The notes under the pieces are model-generated. The model worked only from the letters and a program-made list of their open reading frames with translations, made no database searches and was not told the origin of the DNA. Shown here piece by piece: positions 19,408 to 29,068 of a DNA stretch of 64,000 nt. A program made the position numbers and the translations under genes. Source of the DNA: an uncultured virus (IMG/VR IMGVR_UViG_3300027668_000012) (lineage: Duplodnaviria; Heunggongvirae; Uroviricota; Caudoviricetes); IMG/VR virus record IMGVR_UViG_3300027668_000012, positions 1 to 64,000 of that record; one strand, given 5' to 3'. How positions within the stretch are numbered: position 1 is the first letter of the stretch; each line of letters begins with the position of its first letter.

Positions 19408-22400
19408 ATGGTAAGCAACGTTACAAGCACCAGCTTTAGTCAGACATACAGAGATGATTTCGCAGACAGCGATAATTATCACAGAATACTTTTTAATTCG
19501 GGTTCAGCACTTCAAGCAAGAGAGTTAACCCAACTTCAAACGATTATTCAAAGAGAAGCAGAGCAACATGCTCGTTTTGTATTTAAAGAAGGTGCGCCTG
19601 TCCATTCGGGTGGTATTCAATTAGATACAAGATTTGAATTTGGTAAACTAGATACTACTACATATGCTTTACCTACAACGTTCTCTGCTTTAATCGGTGA
19701 AATTTTTACTGGACAAACATCTACTATTAAAGTTCGCATTGTTGAAATCAAAGCAGCGGCTGATGGTGACCCTGCAACAATCTTTGTTGAGTATGTAAAT
19801 AACAATTCAATTTCTGGTACCACCACACCTGTTCGTTTAACACCAGGTGAAGTTATCAATGGCGATGTCAGTGGAACAAACTTACAAGTACAATCTACTA
19901 ATACTACTGCAAATCCAGCTGTTGGGCGTGGTACAAGGCTCTCGGTAAAAGAATCAGTATTCTTCGTAAGCGGTCACTTCGTTCAGTCTAATGCGCAAAG
20001 CATTGTTATTTCTAAGTATTCAAGTACACCTACGGCTGTAGTTGGTTTTACTGTTTCAGAACAAGTTGTTAAAGCGGCTGATGATACTGCACTTTACGAC
20101 AATTCAACAGACACACCAAACTTGACTGCTCCTGGTGCAGACAGATATAAGATTACATTAGCACTGGCATTACAAGCTAATGTTTCTGCTGGTACTACAT
20201 TCATTCCATCCTTTGATATTGTCAATGGATTAATGGCGGCTGTTAAGTCTGCTGGTGATAGGAGCTTGAGTGTCGTAGGCGACATCTTGGCTCAAAGGAC
20301 ATTCGAAGAGTCTGGTAACTATACAGTTAAGCCATTCATAATAAAAACCCAAGCCAACGATTCTGATGCAACTAAACTTGATATAACAATCAATGCTGGT
20401 ATTGCTTATGTAAAAGGTAAAAGGTTCGAATCTTATAACCCAATACGAATTCCTATTGACAAGCCAAGAACAACTACTACAGTAAACAATGATGTTGTTG
20501 CCTCAGAGTATGGTAATTACATTTTATCTTTGACTAAGTTAGGCTTGCCAAACATTACAACTATGGCTAATGTCAATTTAAGATCGGCTGTTACTCATGG
20601 TGGTGCAACTATTGGTACGGCTAGAATAAGGTCTATTGAGAAATTTGGTTTGTATTATAGAATATACATCTTTGATGTTGTAATGGCTTCGGCTAAACAG
20701 TTTAGTGCTGTTAGAAGTATAGGTCTTAGCACTACTAACTATGCTGATCTTGTTCTTGAAAATAGTGTTGCTGTAATAAAAGACACTTCTAATAATAACT
20801 TATTGTTCCCTTTATCAGGTATCAGACCTTCTGCCATAACTGACATATCATTGACGACACAAAGACGTTTCACTGGTACTGCAGCGGCTAACGCTACATT
20901 GGCTCTTTCATTGTCTGCAACAGGCGAGACTTTTGCCAACTCTACAAATTGGTTACTATCAACAGATTCTTCTGGTGTAGAAAGTGCGATTACTGTGACT
21001 GCTGGTGGTAACGGAACTACAGGTGTTACATTAGGAACGCTTCAAAAATCTTCTGCTGTTTCATTGTTAGCCTATGTCAACAAAGGTGCTGCCACAGTAA
21101 AAACTAAAGCATTAACAAATAGAACGGCTACTATTTCTCCTGAAAGTGACGACACAGTTCAGCTAGAGCGTGGTGACATATTTAGAATTAATGAAGTACG
21201 AGATGCTACATCTGCTGGTAATGTCATTACAGACTATTATGTACTTGACAATGGACAAAGAGATAACTTCTATTCGGAAGGCATTCTAACATTACGTGCT
21301 GGCTTTTCTGCTCCAAGCGGTGATGTTTATGTTAACTTTGATCACTTTGCACACGGAGCTGGCGGAGACTTCTTTGCTGTAAATTCTTACACTGGTCAAG
21401 TTGAATATGAAGACATTCCATCATACAGACAAAAGAATGGTGAGACTGTTTCTTTAAGAGACGTATTAGACTTTAGACCTTTACGTGCTAACACTGCATC
21501 TGACTTTACTTCAACTGGTGCGGTAACTGTAGAAATTCCAGCTAACACTGATCTTATTACTACAGACATTGCTTACTATCTTGGTCAAGGTTACAGAATT
21601 GTATTGAATAAAGCAGGCACATTTGAAGCGGTTGCTGGTGAAAGGTCATTATTTCCTATACACCCATCCGTTCCTGATAATGCAATGGAACTTGCTAGAC
21701 TATCTATAAATCCTTACACATTGAATGATAGCGATGTATCTATGACGTATGTTGATAACAGACGTTACACTATGAGAGATATATCTGATCTTGAAACACG
21801 TATGGACAAGATTGAAGAAATTACTACATTAAACATGCTTGAGCTAGAAACTGCTACTTTAGAAGTTCTTGACTCGGCTGGTGTTAATCGTCTAAAAGTT
21901 GGCCTAACTGCCGACAACTTTACAGACCACTCACAAAGTTTAAGAACTGCATTAGATTATCGTGCATCTACTGATGTATTCAATAGAGAATTAAGACCAT
22001 CATTTGTTGCAAACAGTTCTGAACTTGTTTATGACTCTGATGCTTCTGATCGTGTGTCCTTAATAGGCGATACAGTATACCCTCTTTATGAAGAAGTTGT
22101 ATATGCTTCAAATACTCAGGCATCCAGTGCAACATCAGTAAACGCATTTAACTTAGGTGTGACTATTGGGCATATTAAAATGTCACCATCTACTGATACA
22201 TGGTTCGACACCTCTCGTTTACCTGCTAAGATTGTTGACGGCGGAACAAAGCTAGACCCAGCAAACACTTCCTTGTGGAATGATTGGGGCTTTAACTGGT
22301 CAGGTGTACAAGCAGATTCATTAAAAGCCGGTTACTCTGAAAGTAAGACTTCAAAGAATGGTCGAACGACTTCTACTGTAACAAGTACAATTGTCAAGAG

Positions 22401-23070
22401 TGAAACAGTCGTGACATCAATGGCAGACGAAATACTTTATGAAACATCTATTCAATACCAAAGAGAACGATTTATATTCTTTAAAGCGCAAGGCTTGAGA
22501 CCTAATACTCGTTACTTCCCATTCTATGACGAAACTGATATTTCTGCTTTTGTTCAAACAGGTTCAGGAAAGTTCCAATACTTTGCGGCACAAGCGACTA
22601 ATTCTAATTATCTTGATCCTGGTGATAAGTACATCAATGAAACAGAATTCCCACCTACTTTAGGCGGTAAGACTGCATCCATATTATCAGATGCTAATGG
22701 TGCAATTGAAGGTATTATCTTTGTGCCAAATAAGAATGCAACTAAATTCTTAACAGGAACAAGACAATTTACGCTTATAGATATTAGTGAGCTAAATAGA
22801 GTTAACGCAACATCATACGCATCGTCTGACTTTGTTTCAACTGGTACTATGCAACATTATCAAGAAGATATTAAACACACTAGAAGGCACGCTATTCAAA
22901 CAACAGTTCAAACTACACAAGATCCTAGTTACAACAACACTAGTTCTGGCGATAACGACCATCGTGATTTTGCTGGAAATGGGGCCAGTTATGATGATGG
23001 TGAGATAGGCGGTACAGATAAGTATGATGCTGTCAAAGCTGCAGCACATTACAGCACCAAGTGGGATTAA
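19408..23070 (+). CDS. large virion structural protein (VrlC/DUF4815-like), N-terminal part
   Basis: YRDDF...YHRILF...LQARELTQLQ, APGADRY, RTFEESGNY, DNGQRDNFY, NRRYTMRDI, DNF. Confidence 0.8.
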   Translation: MVSNVTSTSFSQTYRDDFADSDNYHRILFNSGSALQARELTQLQTIIQREAEQHARFVFKEGAPVHSGGIQLDTRFEFGKLDTTTYALPTTFSALIGEIFTGQTSTIKVRIVEIKAAADGDPATIFVEYVNNNSISGTTTPVRLTPGEVINGDVSGTNLQVQSTNTTANPAVGRGTRLSVKESVFFVSGHFVQSNAQSIVISKYSSTPTAVVGFTVSEQVVKAADDTALYDNSTDTPNLTAPGADRYKITLALALQANVSAGTTFIPSFDIVNGLMAAVKSAGDRSLSVVGDILAQRTFEESGNYTVKPFIIKTQANDSDATKLDITINAGIAYVKGKRFESYNPIRIPIDKPRTTTTVNNDVVASEYGNYILSLTKLGLPNITTMANVNLRSAVTHGGATIGTARIRSIEKFGLYYRIYIFDVVMASAKQFSAVRSIGLSTTNYADLVLENSVAVIKDTSNNNLLFPLSGIRPSAITDISLTTQRRFTGTAAANATLALSLSATGETFANSTNWLLSTDSSGVESAITVTAGGNGTTGVTLGTLQKSSAVSLLAYVNKGAATVKTKALTNRTATISPESDDTVQLERGDIFRINEVRDATSAGNVITDYYVLDNGQRDNFYSEGILTLRAGFSAPSGDVYVNFDHFAHGAGGDFFAVNSYTGQVEYEDIPSYRQKNGETVSLRDVLDFRPLRANTASDFTSTGAVTVEIPANTDLITTDIAYYLGQGYRIVLNKAGTFEAVAGERSLFPIHPSVPDNAMELARLSINPYTLNDSDVSMTYVDNRRYTMRDISDLETRMDKIEEITTLNMLELETATLEVLDSAGVNRLKVGLTADNFTDHSQSLRTALDYRASTDVFNRELRPSFVANSSELVYDSDASDRVSLIGDTVYPLYEEVVYASNTQASSATSVNAFNLGVTIGHIKMSPSTDTWFDTSRLPAKIVDGGTKLDPANTSLWNDWGFNWSGVQADSLKAGYSESKTSKNGRTTSTVTSTIVKSETVVTSMADEILYETSIQYQRERFIFFKAQGLRPNTRYFPFYDETDISAFVQTGSGKFQYFAAQATNSNYLDPGDKYINETEFPPTLGGKTASILSDANGAIEGIIFVPNKNATKFLTGTRQFTLIDISELNRVNATSYASSDFVSTGTMQHYQEDIKHTRRHAIQTTVQTTQDPSYNNTSSGDNDHRDFAGNGASYDDGEIGGTDKYDAVKAAAHYSTKWD

Positions 23071-23112
23071 TAAACTAAAAAATTATGGTAAAAACACTTA
23101 AAGGACTAATAA

Positions 23113-24714
23113 ATGTCATCTACTTCTGAATTAATCCAACCGATTGCCCAAACGTTTAGGGTCAATCAGGTTTCAGGAATATACATAACTAAAATAGGTA
23201 TCTATTTTGCAACTAAAGCGGCAGATGCAGACTATCCTGTTCAACTTAGTATAAGACCTACTGTTAATGGTGTTCCTGATTCTAGTAAGATAATCGAAAA
23301 CAGTGTCTCTTTTAAAGCGGCAAGTGACATAACTGTGTCTGCTACAGCGGCTACAGAAACAACTTTCACTTTTGAAGAACCAGTATACCTTGAAGGTGGC
23401 AAAGACTTTGCTATTTGCATACAATCAAATGCTCTTGGTAATGCATATCAAGTGTGGACTGCTAAGTTAGGTGACTTCAAACTAGGTTCAACAACAGAAA
23501 GACTTCAAACAGATCCATACGCAGGCATATTCTTTAAGTCTGCTAATGGTAGAGTATTTGAAGCGGATCAGACTCGTGATTTAACTTTTAAAGTATATAG
23601 AGCCAACTTCACAGGCACTAACGCATTAGTAAGATTTAATGCGGCTCCGCCACCTGTAAAATCATTAACAAGTAATCCGTTTCTATTTGCGGCAAGTGAT
23701 GCAACTGTTACTGTTGCACATCCTAACCACGGCTTTCAAGTAAATGACGTCGTACATATATCTTCTGACTCAAGTGGGTTAGATTCTGCTACTAGCATCA
23801 ATGGTGTTTTAGGTGCAAGTATCTTAGGATCAAGAGCTGTTACTCACATTGATGGTACTGGCTATAAATTTGAAATGGACAGTTCGGCAGACTCAGCTAT
23901 ATTCGGTGGTGGTAATAGCATCCTTGCTACACAACAATATATCATAGATAGCTTTAAGCCTAATATTGAAATACTTCAACCAAATGGCACAAATCATCGC
24001 ATGGTAGCTGGTCTAACAACTTCTAAATCTTTTGGTGGTGGTGAAACTGCTTATGGGACTTTACCTAAACACGCAACAGCAAACAAAATGGATACGTTCT
24101 TAAATTCTCCAGCTGTTATTGCGACTGCTGTTAGAGACACAGCCCTTACTAGGTCTTCTTATACTATTGATTTGGAGTTAGTGACAACAAGTTCATATGC
24201 GGCTCCTTCTGTAGACTTACAAAGAGCTTCTGTTATATCAGTCCACAACATTATTGATAATCCAGATTCAGCGGCAACAACTGGATTTAACGTCCCATTA
24301 AGCTATGTAGCTGAGACAGTTGCAAACTTTGGATCTACCTTGGCTAAACACATATCAATACCTGTTTTATTAGCTGAACCTGCAACTGGTATTAAAGTCC
24401 TTGTTGATGTCAATAGACCTCAGGGTACAGACTTTGATCTTTTCTATAAAGTGTTAGATGCTGGTGGTGACGTAAGCATTGAAGACACTGCTTGGATAGA
24501 GGCATCAAAAGTAGAACCTGATTCAAATCATAATACGCTTCCTATTGATACAAATTATAACGTATTCAGAGAGTATAAATATGTCATAGGTGGAACATAT
24601 CAAGGAGACCTTGCACCATTTACTACTTACCAAATTAAAATAGTAATGCGTTCAACATCGTCAACAGACGTACCTAGATTTAAAGCGTTAAGAACTATTG
24701 CATTAGGCACATAA
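23113..24714 (+). CDS. VrlC/DUF4815-like structural protein, C-terminal part
   Basis: PIAQTF, ITKIGIYFATK, FEEPVYL, FFKSANG...DLTFKVYRANF, FTTYQIKIVM...VPRFKALRTIAL. Confidence 0.75.
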   Translation: MSSTSELIQPIAQTFRVNQVSGIYITKIGIYFATKAADADYPVQLSIRPTVNGVPDSSKIIENSVSFKAASDITVSATAATETTFTFEEPVYLEGGKDFAICIQSNALGNAYQVWTAKLGDFKLGSTTERLQTDPYAGIFFKSANGRVFEADQTRDLTFKVYRANFTGTNALVRFNAAPPPVKSLTSNPFLFAASDATVTVAHPNHGFQVNDVVHISSDSSGLDSATSINGVLGASILGSRAVTHIDGTGYKFEMDSSADSAIFGGGNSILATQQYIIDSFKPNIEILQPNGTNHRMVAGLTTSKSFGGGETAYGTLPKHATANKMDTFLNSPAVIATAVRDTALTRSSYTIDLELVTTSSYAAPSVDLQRASVISVHNIIDNPDSAATTGFNVPLSYVAETVANFGSTLAKHISIPVLLAEPATGIKVLVDVNRPQGTDFDLFYKVLDAGGDVSIEDTAWIEASKVEPDSNHNTLPIDTNYNVFREYKYVIGGTYQGDLAPFTTYQIKIVMRSTSSTDVPRFKALRTIALGT

Positions 24715-24929
24715 TGGATTTAGTGAAGGTAGAAGGTCATAGCGGATTAGCAAGAGATAAAAATACAGGTGCTATAATTAATATAAATAGCACTGAGATC
24801 AATCGCATTAAGAACCTCAGGGTAAACCAAAGAGAGACTAAGGCGGCTGAAAGGGAAGAAATTAACCAGCTTAAAAGTGATGTAAAAGATATTAAAATGA
24901 TGTTAAGCCAGATTATAGAGAAGTTATGA
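24714..24929 (+). CDS. small conserved T4-like hypothetical protein (coiled-coil C-terminus)
   Basis: KVEGHSGLARDKNTGAIIN...EINQLKSDVKDIKMML; translationally coupled. Confidence 0.75.
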   Translation: MDLVKVEGHSGLARDKNTGAIININSTEINRIKNLRVNQRETKAAEREEINQLKSDVKDIKMMLSQIIEKL

Positions 24930-24930
24930 C

Positions 24931-25251
24931 ATGTCATTAATCAACGTTGATCTTTCAACTACAATTGCTAGTTGGAGAGATAAAACAAATCAACTTGGAA
25001 TATTGCAAGGTGATCTTACATCTTTGACGGACTCTGCAACATCACTTGTTGTTGCTGTTAATAAAGTCCACTCAGATGTTGATAGTGATGTATTATCATT
25101 AAGGACTAATTTTTATGGTGATAGTGGTGGAGTTCTTTCATTGGCATCTTTGACTACTACAAACAAAACATCGCTGGTAAGCTCTGTTAATGAGTTGAAT
25201 AGACGATTACCAAATGTGTATAACGCAGCTGGTACTTTACTGAACACATAA
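24931..25251 (+). CDS. short fibre/adaptor-like virion protein
   Basis: Fibre-like N-terminus TIASWRDKTN; C-terminal NVYNAAGTLLN shared with the 1292-aa fibre. Confidence 0.6.
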   Translation: MSLINVDLSTTIASWRDKTNQLGILQGDLTSLTDSATSLVVAVNKVHSDVDSDVLSLRTNFYGDSGGVLSLASLTTTNKTSLVSSVNELNRRLPNVYNAAGTLLNT

Positions 25252-25261
25252 GGAATAAAAG

Positions 25262-26467
25262 ATGAGTGTCCCAATTAAATTAAGTGATACCAATGGTAAC
25301 TTGAAAGAGATGACCACGACTGAGGAAGCATATCTTTCGTATCAAGCTGGATTACATCTTGCCGCACAAGCTCAAACTGCTGTAGCCGCTTTAACAACAT
25401 CTAATTCAAGTTCTACTAATATAGGAACGTACTCAAACACATTCTTCAACCAAGCAATTGGCACACATCCAGGTTCTGGTATCAGTACAGGTACAACTAA
25501 TACAGTTCTATTTCAAAAGTCTGGTTCTGTAGCAACTAATGGTGGCGATTTTCACAGACCTATAACGTGGGATGATGATAACACCGCAACAGATGAATTC
25601 ACAGATGCAAATATGAATACGCTTTTAGCTCGTTTGTCTGCTGTGGTATTCGCAGGCAATTATCCAGGCACTTACAAGTTAGCCTCGTCTACTCCTGGTT
25701 CAGATTACGACGAACATTTGGCAGACGTCTTTACTGACACACAAGCATCAAATGGTAGCACAATCACACATAGTATTTGGCAACGTCAAACAATGACGGC
25801 TCCTACAGCAGTTCGTCCTGTCAAGATAAAAAATGACGATTCAAGCTTCGATGGTCTACAAGAAATGGACGATGCAGAAATTAAACATACATTCGGTACT
25901 TGGTTACGAAAGTACACAATGGCGGCGGCAAATAATGTTGGTGCATATCAATTAAGATCATCTGCTAATGGTGTACCATCTGCAACTGGAACTTGGCAAG
26001 CACAAGGTACAGCAACAGATACAAAGAAAACAACTTCAGATGTAACCTACTCAGCAGATTATTCTGGGACTTATGCTGGTACCTACTCAGCAGATTATTC
26101 TGGTACTTACTCAGCTACTTACTCAGCAGATTATTCTGGTACTTATGCTGGTACTTACTCAGCAGGTTATGTAAATCCAAATGGTGCAAACTTTCAAAGA
26201 GTGCGTACAGTTATTTATTATGAAGGCGGTGGTCAACAATTCCAGTATGTGGCAAACTTCTTAGGTGCGGCAACGTTTACTGGTAACTATGTTGGTAACT
26301 ACACTGGTGCTTATACTGGTAACTATGTTGGCAACTACACTGGTGCTTATACTGGTAACTACGTTGGCAACTACACTGGTGCTTATACTGGTAACTATGC
26401 AGGCGAAACTATTGGTTCTGGCGTTGGTACAATTGAAACATATACTTTGTATGTACGTAAAGCTTAA
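25262..26467 (+). CDS. putative fibre/needle structural protein with two Tyr-based tetrapeptide repeat arms
   Basis: Thr/Ser/Gly-rich; repeats (YSAD/YSGT/YAGT) and (YTGN/YVGN/YTGA). Confidence 0.65.
   Translation: MSVPIKLSDTNGNLKEMTTTEEAYLSYQAGLHLAAQAQTAVAALTTSNSSSTNIGTYSNTFFNQAIGTHPGSGISTGTTNTVLFQKSGSVATNGGDFHRPITWDDDNTATDEFTDANMNTLLARLSAVVFAGNYPGTYKLASSTPGSDYDEHLADVFTDTQASNGSTITHSIWQRQTMTAPTAVRPVKIKNDDSSFDGLQEMDDAEIKHTFGTWLRKYTMAAANNVGAYQLRSSANGVPSATGTWQAQGTATDTKKTTSDVTYSADYSGTYAGTYSADYSGTYSATYSADYSGTYAGTYSAGYVNPNGANFQRVRTVIYYEGGGQQFQYVANFLGAATFTGNYVGNYTGAYTGNYVGNYTGAYTGNYVGNYTGAYTGNYAGETIGSGVGTIETYTLYVRKA
26045..26170 (+). repeat. coding tandem repeat, 36-nt unit x~3.5
   Basis: Unit ACCTACTCAGCAGATTATTCTGG(G/T)ACTTATGCTGGT with variants. 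Confidence 0.85.
26276..26407 (+). repeat. coding tandem repeat, 36-nt unit x~3.5
   Basis: Unit ACTGGTAACTA(T/C)GTTGG(T/C)AACTACACTGGTGCTTAT. Confidence 0.85.
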
Positions 26468-26503
26468 ATGTGTTATAATAACTGATATATATAATTAAAA
26501 GTA

Positions 26504-26974
26504 ATGGAGAATACTATGAATAATCGCACTTGGGATAAAAAGTCCTTTTGGGAAAGTTATGATCAAAATAGAATAACAACAATTTTAACGATTGTCGATG
26601 AGAATGAAAATTCTACTACTCAACAACTTACTGTAAATAAATTTGATGTTGATGGAAATGAAAATCCAGACTTTAAAGAAGTTCTTGATGCTATAACTTT
26701 TGAAGCAATCACTGCCAACACTAACGAACGTAACGAAAAGAAATTAGTTGAACGCACTGAAGCAGAACAAGCAAGATTAGAAAGAGCAAGAGCAAAAGAC
26801 CTTCAACAACTATTTGAAGCTAAGATTTCTGCTTTCGAGATAGACGCTATTAAAAATTCTACTAATAGAGTTTTAAAATCTAAATTAAGAAAAGCTCAAA
26901 ACGTCGTTGAAGTTAATGTATATTGTATGATGATTGTGATGGAAGTATTAAATAATGAAAACGGAACCGACTAA
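26504..26974 (+). CDS. hypothetical protein (possible fibre assembly chaperone)
   Basis: Charged, helical ORF directly after the repeat fibre; true start may be ATG 26516 after GGAG. Confidence 0.55.
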   Translation: MENTMNNRTWDKKSFWESYDQNRITTILTIVDENENSTTQQLTVNKFDVDGNENPDFKEVLDAITFEAITANTNERNEKKLVERTEAEQARLERARAKDLQQLFEAKISAFEIDAIKNSTNRVLKSKLRKAQNVVEVNVYCMMIVMEVLNNENGTD

Positions 26975-27698
26975 AGGGTTTTTACTTGTAGCATCTACTA
27001 AACCTAGGTTTTTTGATTTAGCTATAAACGCAATAAATTCTATTAGAGATAACTATCCAGACGCTAAAGTTTGTCTTGTTACAGAGGAAGCTTTCTGTGA
27101 TGGGCGCGAATCTATTGCGGACCACTTAATATATTGCGGTGACCATGTAAGAGAAAAGCTATGGGCTTTAGATAAGACTCCTTTTGATATTACAATGTAT
27201 GTTGACGCTGACGTAGAAATCATACATGAAGATATTGAGTTTGCATTTGATCAACTTAAAGGAAACGACATAGCCTTTGTTGATTTGCCTGTGGACAAAG
27301 ATTCTTTGTTTGCAATTCGTAAGTGGCGTGGTGGAGAAATGAAACTTTGTGGTGGCATAGTTCTTTATGATATTAGAAAACCTATAGTTCAAAGTTTTAT
27401 GAAAATGTGGAACGAATATTACCGCAATCAATTTGCTGGAAATTGGTGGCCTGCATATAAAGATGGTAAACAAGATTTTGATTTGCATCCAGAAGTATTA
27501 CGTCAATTCGATCAATTCACTTTATGGTTTTTAACAGAGGAACACCCTTATTATAAAGATCTTAAAGTAGGTTCCTTTGAAGATGGTGAGAGATGGAATT
27601 GGTATATGACGTATGAAATTAAAGGGTTTACAAAGCCAGAGAAAGGTGTTATAATCCAACACTACAGCGGTTTAATAGAAAAATATGATCGGTATTGA
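26955..27698 (+). CDS. GT-A fold glycosyltransferase
   Basis: FLLVAST...INSIR; KLWALDKTPFDITMYVDADV (DxD); DQFTLW; C-terminal HYS. Confidence 0.75.
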   Translation: MKTEPTKGFLLVASTKPRFFDLAINAINSIRDNYPDAKVCLVTEEAFCDGRESIADHLIYCGDHVREKLWALDKTPFDITMYVDADVEIIHEDIEFAFDQLKGNDIAFVDLPVDKDSLFAIRKWRGGEMKLCGGIVLYDIRKPIVQSFMKMWNEYYRNQFAGNWWPAYKDGKQDFDLHPEVLRQFDQFTLWFLTEEHPYYKDLKVGSFEDGERWNWYMTYEIKGFTKPEKGVIIQHYSGLIEKYDRY

Positions 27699-27701
27699 AG
27701 A

Positions 27702-28406
27702 ATGACAAAGACTATGACAAGTGTTAACATTGTTAATAACGAAGTTCTTGATACACTCAATGAGTTTAAAGACCTTTGGTATAACGATTTAGAATCTTTT
27801 AAAAAACATGCTTATCTTATAAATGCAAACAACGAAAAAAACAAACGTGAAGAAAATATAAGTGACGCATACAAAAAGAAAATCATGGCTGATTATAAAG
27901 ACCACGATGGTTATCCTGAATGTCTTTATGGGTATACATTTAAGCAAGTAAAAACATCTGATTATTGGGATAGAACTCCAAGGACAGACGATGATAAAAT
28001 CAAAGAGAAATACTTTAATGACAACTACATAAGGCTTAATAAAAAGTTGTCTTCTATTTTAAGCACTAGATCTAATGCTTTGGCGGCTGTGTACCCTCCT
28101 GGTGGCTACATTGGTTGGCATAATAATGCAAACGCACCAAGTTACAATATAGTTTTAACTTGGTCTGAAACTGGTGATGGGTATTGGAAACATGTAGATC
28201 CTAAAACTGGTGAAGAAGTTTTAGTAAAAGATAAAGTGGGTTGGCAAGCTAAAGCCTTTTACTTTGGATCATATGAAGATGGTCCTGAAAACTTGGTGTA
28301 TCATATGGCTTCTACTGATTGTTGGAGATTTACAGTGTCTTATGTATTTGATCAAACAAGTAAAGGCTTTTGGGAAGACGTACTAGAAGAAATAGGCATT
28401 GAATGA
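27702..28406 (+). CDS. 2OG-Fe(II) oxygenase-like (double-stranded beta-helix) protein
   Basis: YPPGGYIGWHNN...LVYH...CWRFTVSY: His...His...Arg layout. Confidence 0.6.
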   Translation: MTKTMTSVNIVNNEVLDTLNEFKDLWYNDLESFKKHAYLINANNEKNKREENISDAYKKKIMADYKDHDGYPECLYGYTFKQVKTSDYWDRTPRTDDDKIKEKYFNDNYIRLNKKLSSILSTRSNALAAVYPPGGYIGWHNNANAPSYNIVLTWSETGDGYWKHVDPKTGEEVLVKDKVGWQAKAFYFGSYEDGPENLVYHMASTDCWRFTVSYVFDQTSKGFWEDVLEEIGIE

Positions 28407-29068
28407 TTGATATATGCGTAACACATTTCGGTGAAAAGTATAGCTCAAAATATATTGACAATTTACAAAATGGCATAGCTAGGAATTATTCTGGCGATTT
28501 TAACTTTATTGTAAAGACTGATTGCCCTAATGGTCATTGGGATAAAATATCTTTTTTTAAACGCCAAGATCCTTGCATTGTTATGGACATAGATATTATT
28601 GTTAATGGAAGCCTAGATGAACTATTCAACTATGACATTGTAGAAAATCATATTGGAGCGTTTCCAAGATGGTGGAAAAACAGTGGTTGTAAATATAATG
28701 GTGGGTTTTATAAAATTAATCCTGGTTATAATCAACTTGCCGTTTACGACAAATTTTATTCTAATCCTGATTTCTGGATTAATCACTATGGAAAATTAAT
28801 TGGTATTATGGGAATGGGCGAACAAAACTTTGTTACTGATTCTAATTACTTTATAGAGGAACTCCCAGGCCAATGGTTAGGTGTTCATACAGAAGGTTCG
28901 TCCAGAAACAACAAGGATATAATAAATAAATACTACGATTACTATAACAAGCCTTTGATAACTCAAGAGAAGTTTGGCGATCAAATCAAGCTAGTACATT
29001 TCATATATGACGACAATATGATTGAGGACAAAGCAGAATGGGTACAAAAGATTTGGAACACAACGTAG
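28403..29068 (+). CDS. GT-A fold glycosyltransferase
   Basis: GEKYSSKYI, HWDKISFF, VMDIDII (DxD), YNGGF, GEQNFV, LVHF. Confidence 0.7.
   Translation: MIDICVTHFGEKYSSKYIDNLQNGIARNYSGDFNFIVKTDCPNGHWDKISFFKRQDPCIVMDIDIIVNGSLDELFNYDIVENHIGAFPRWWKNSGCKYNGGFYKINPGYNQLAVYDKFYSNPDFWINHYGKLIGIMGMGEQNFVTDSNYFIEELPGQWLGVHTEGSSRNNKDIINKYYDYYNKPLITQEKFGDQIKLVHFIYDDNMIEDKAEWVQKIWNTT

Noticed and set aside
26045..26407. 36-nt repeats as a CRISPR array
   Set aside because: The units are directly tandem with no unique spacers, in frame within a CDS, and vary mainly at synonymous positions; no cas genes are present.
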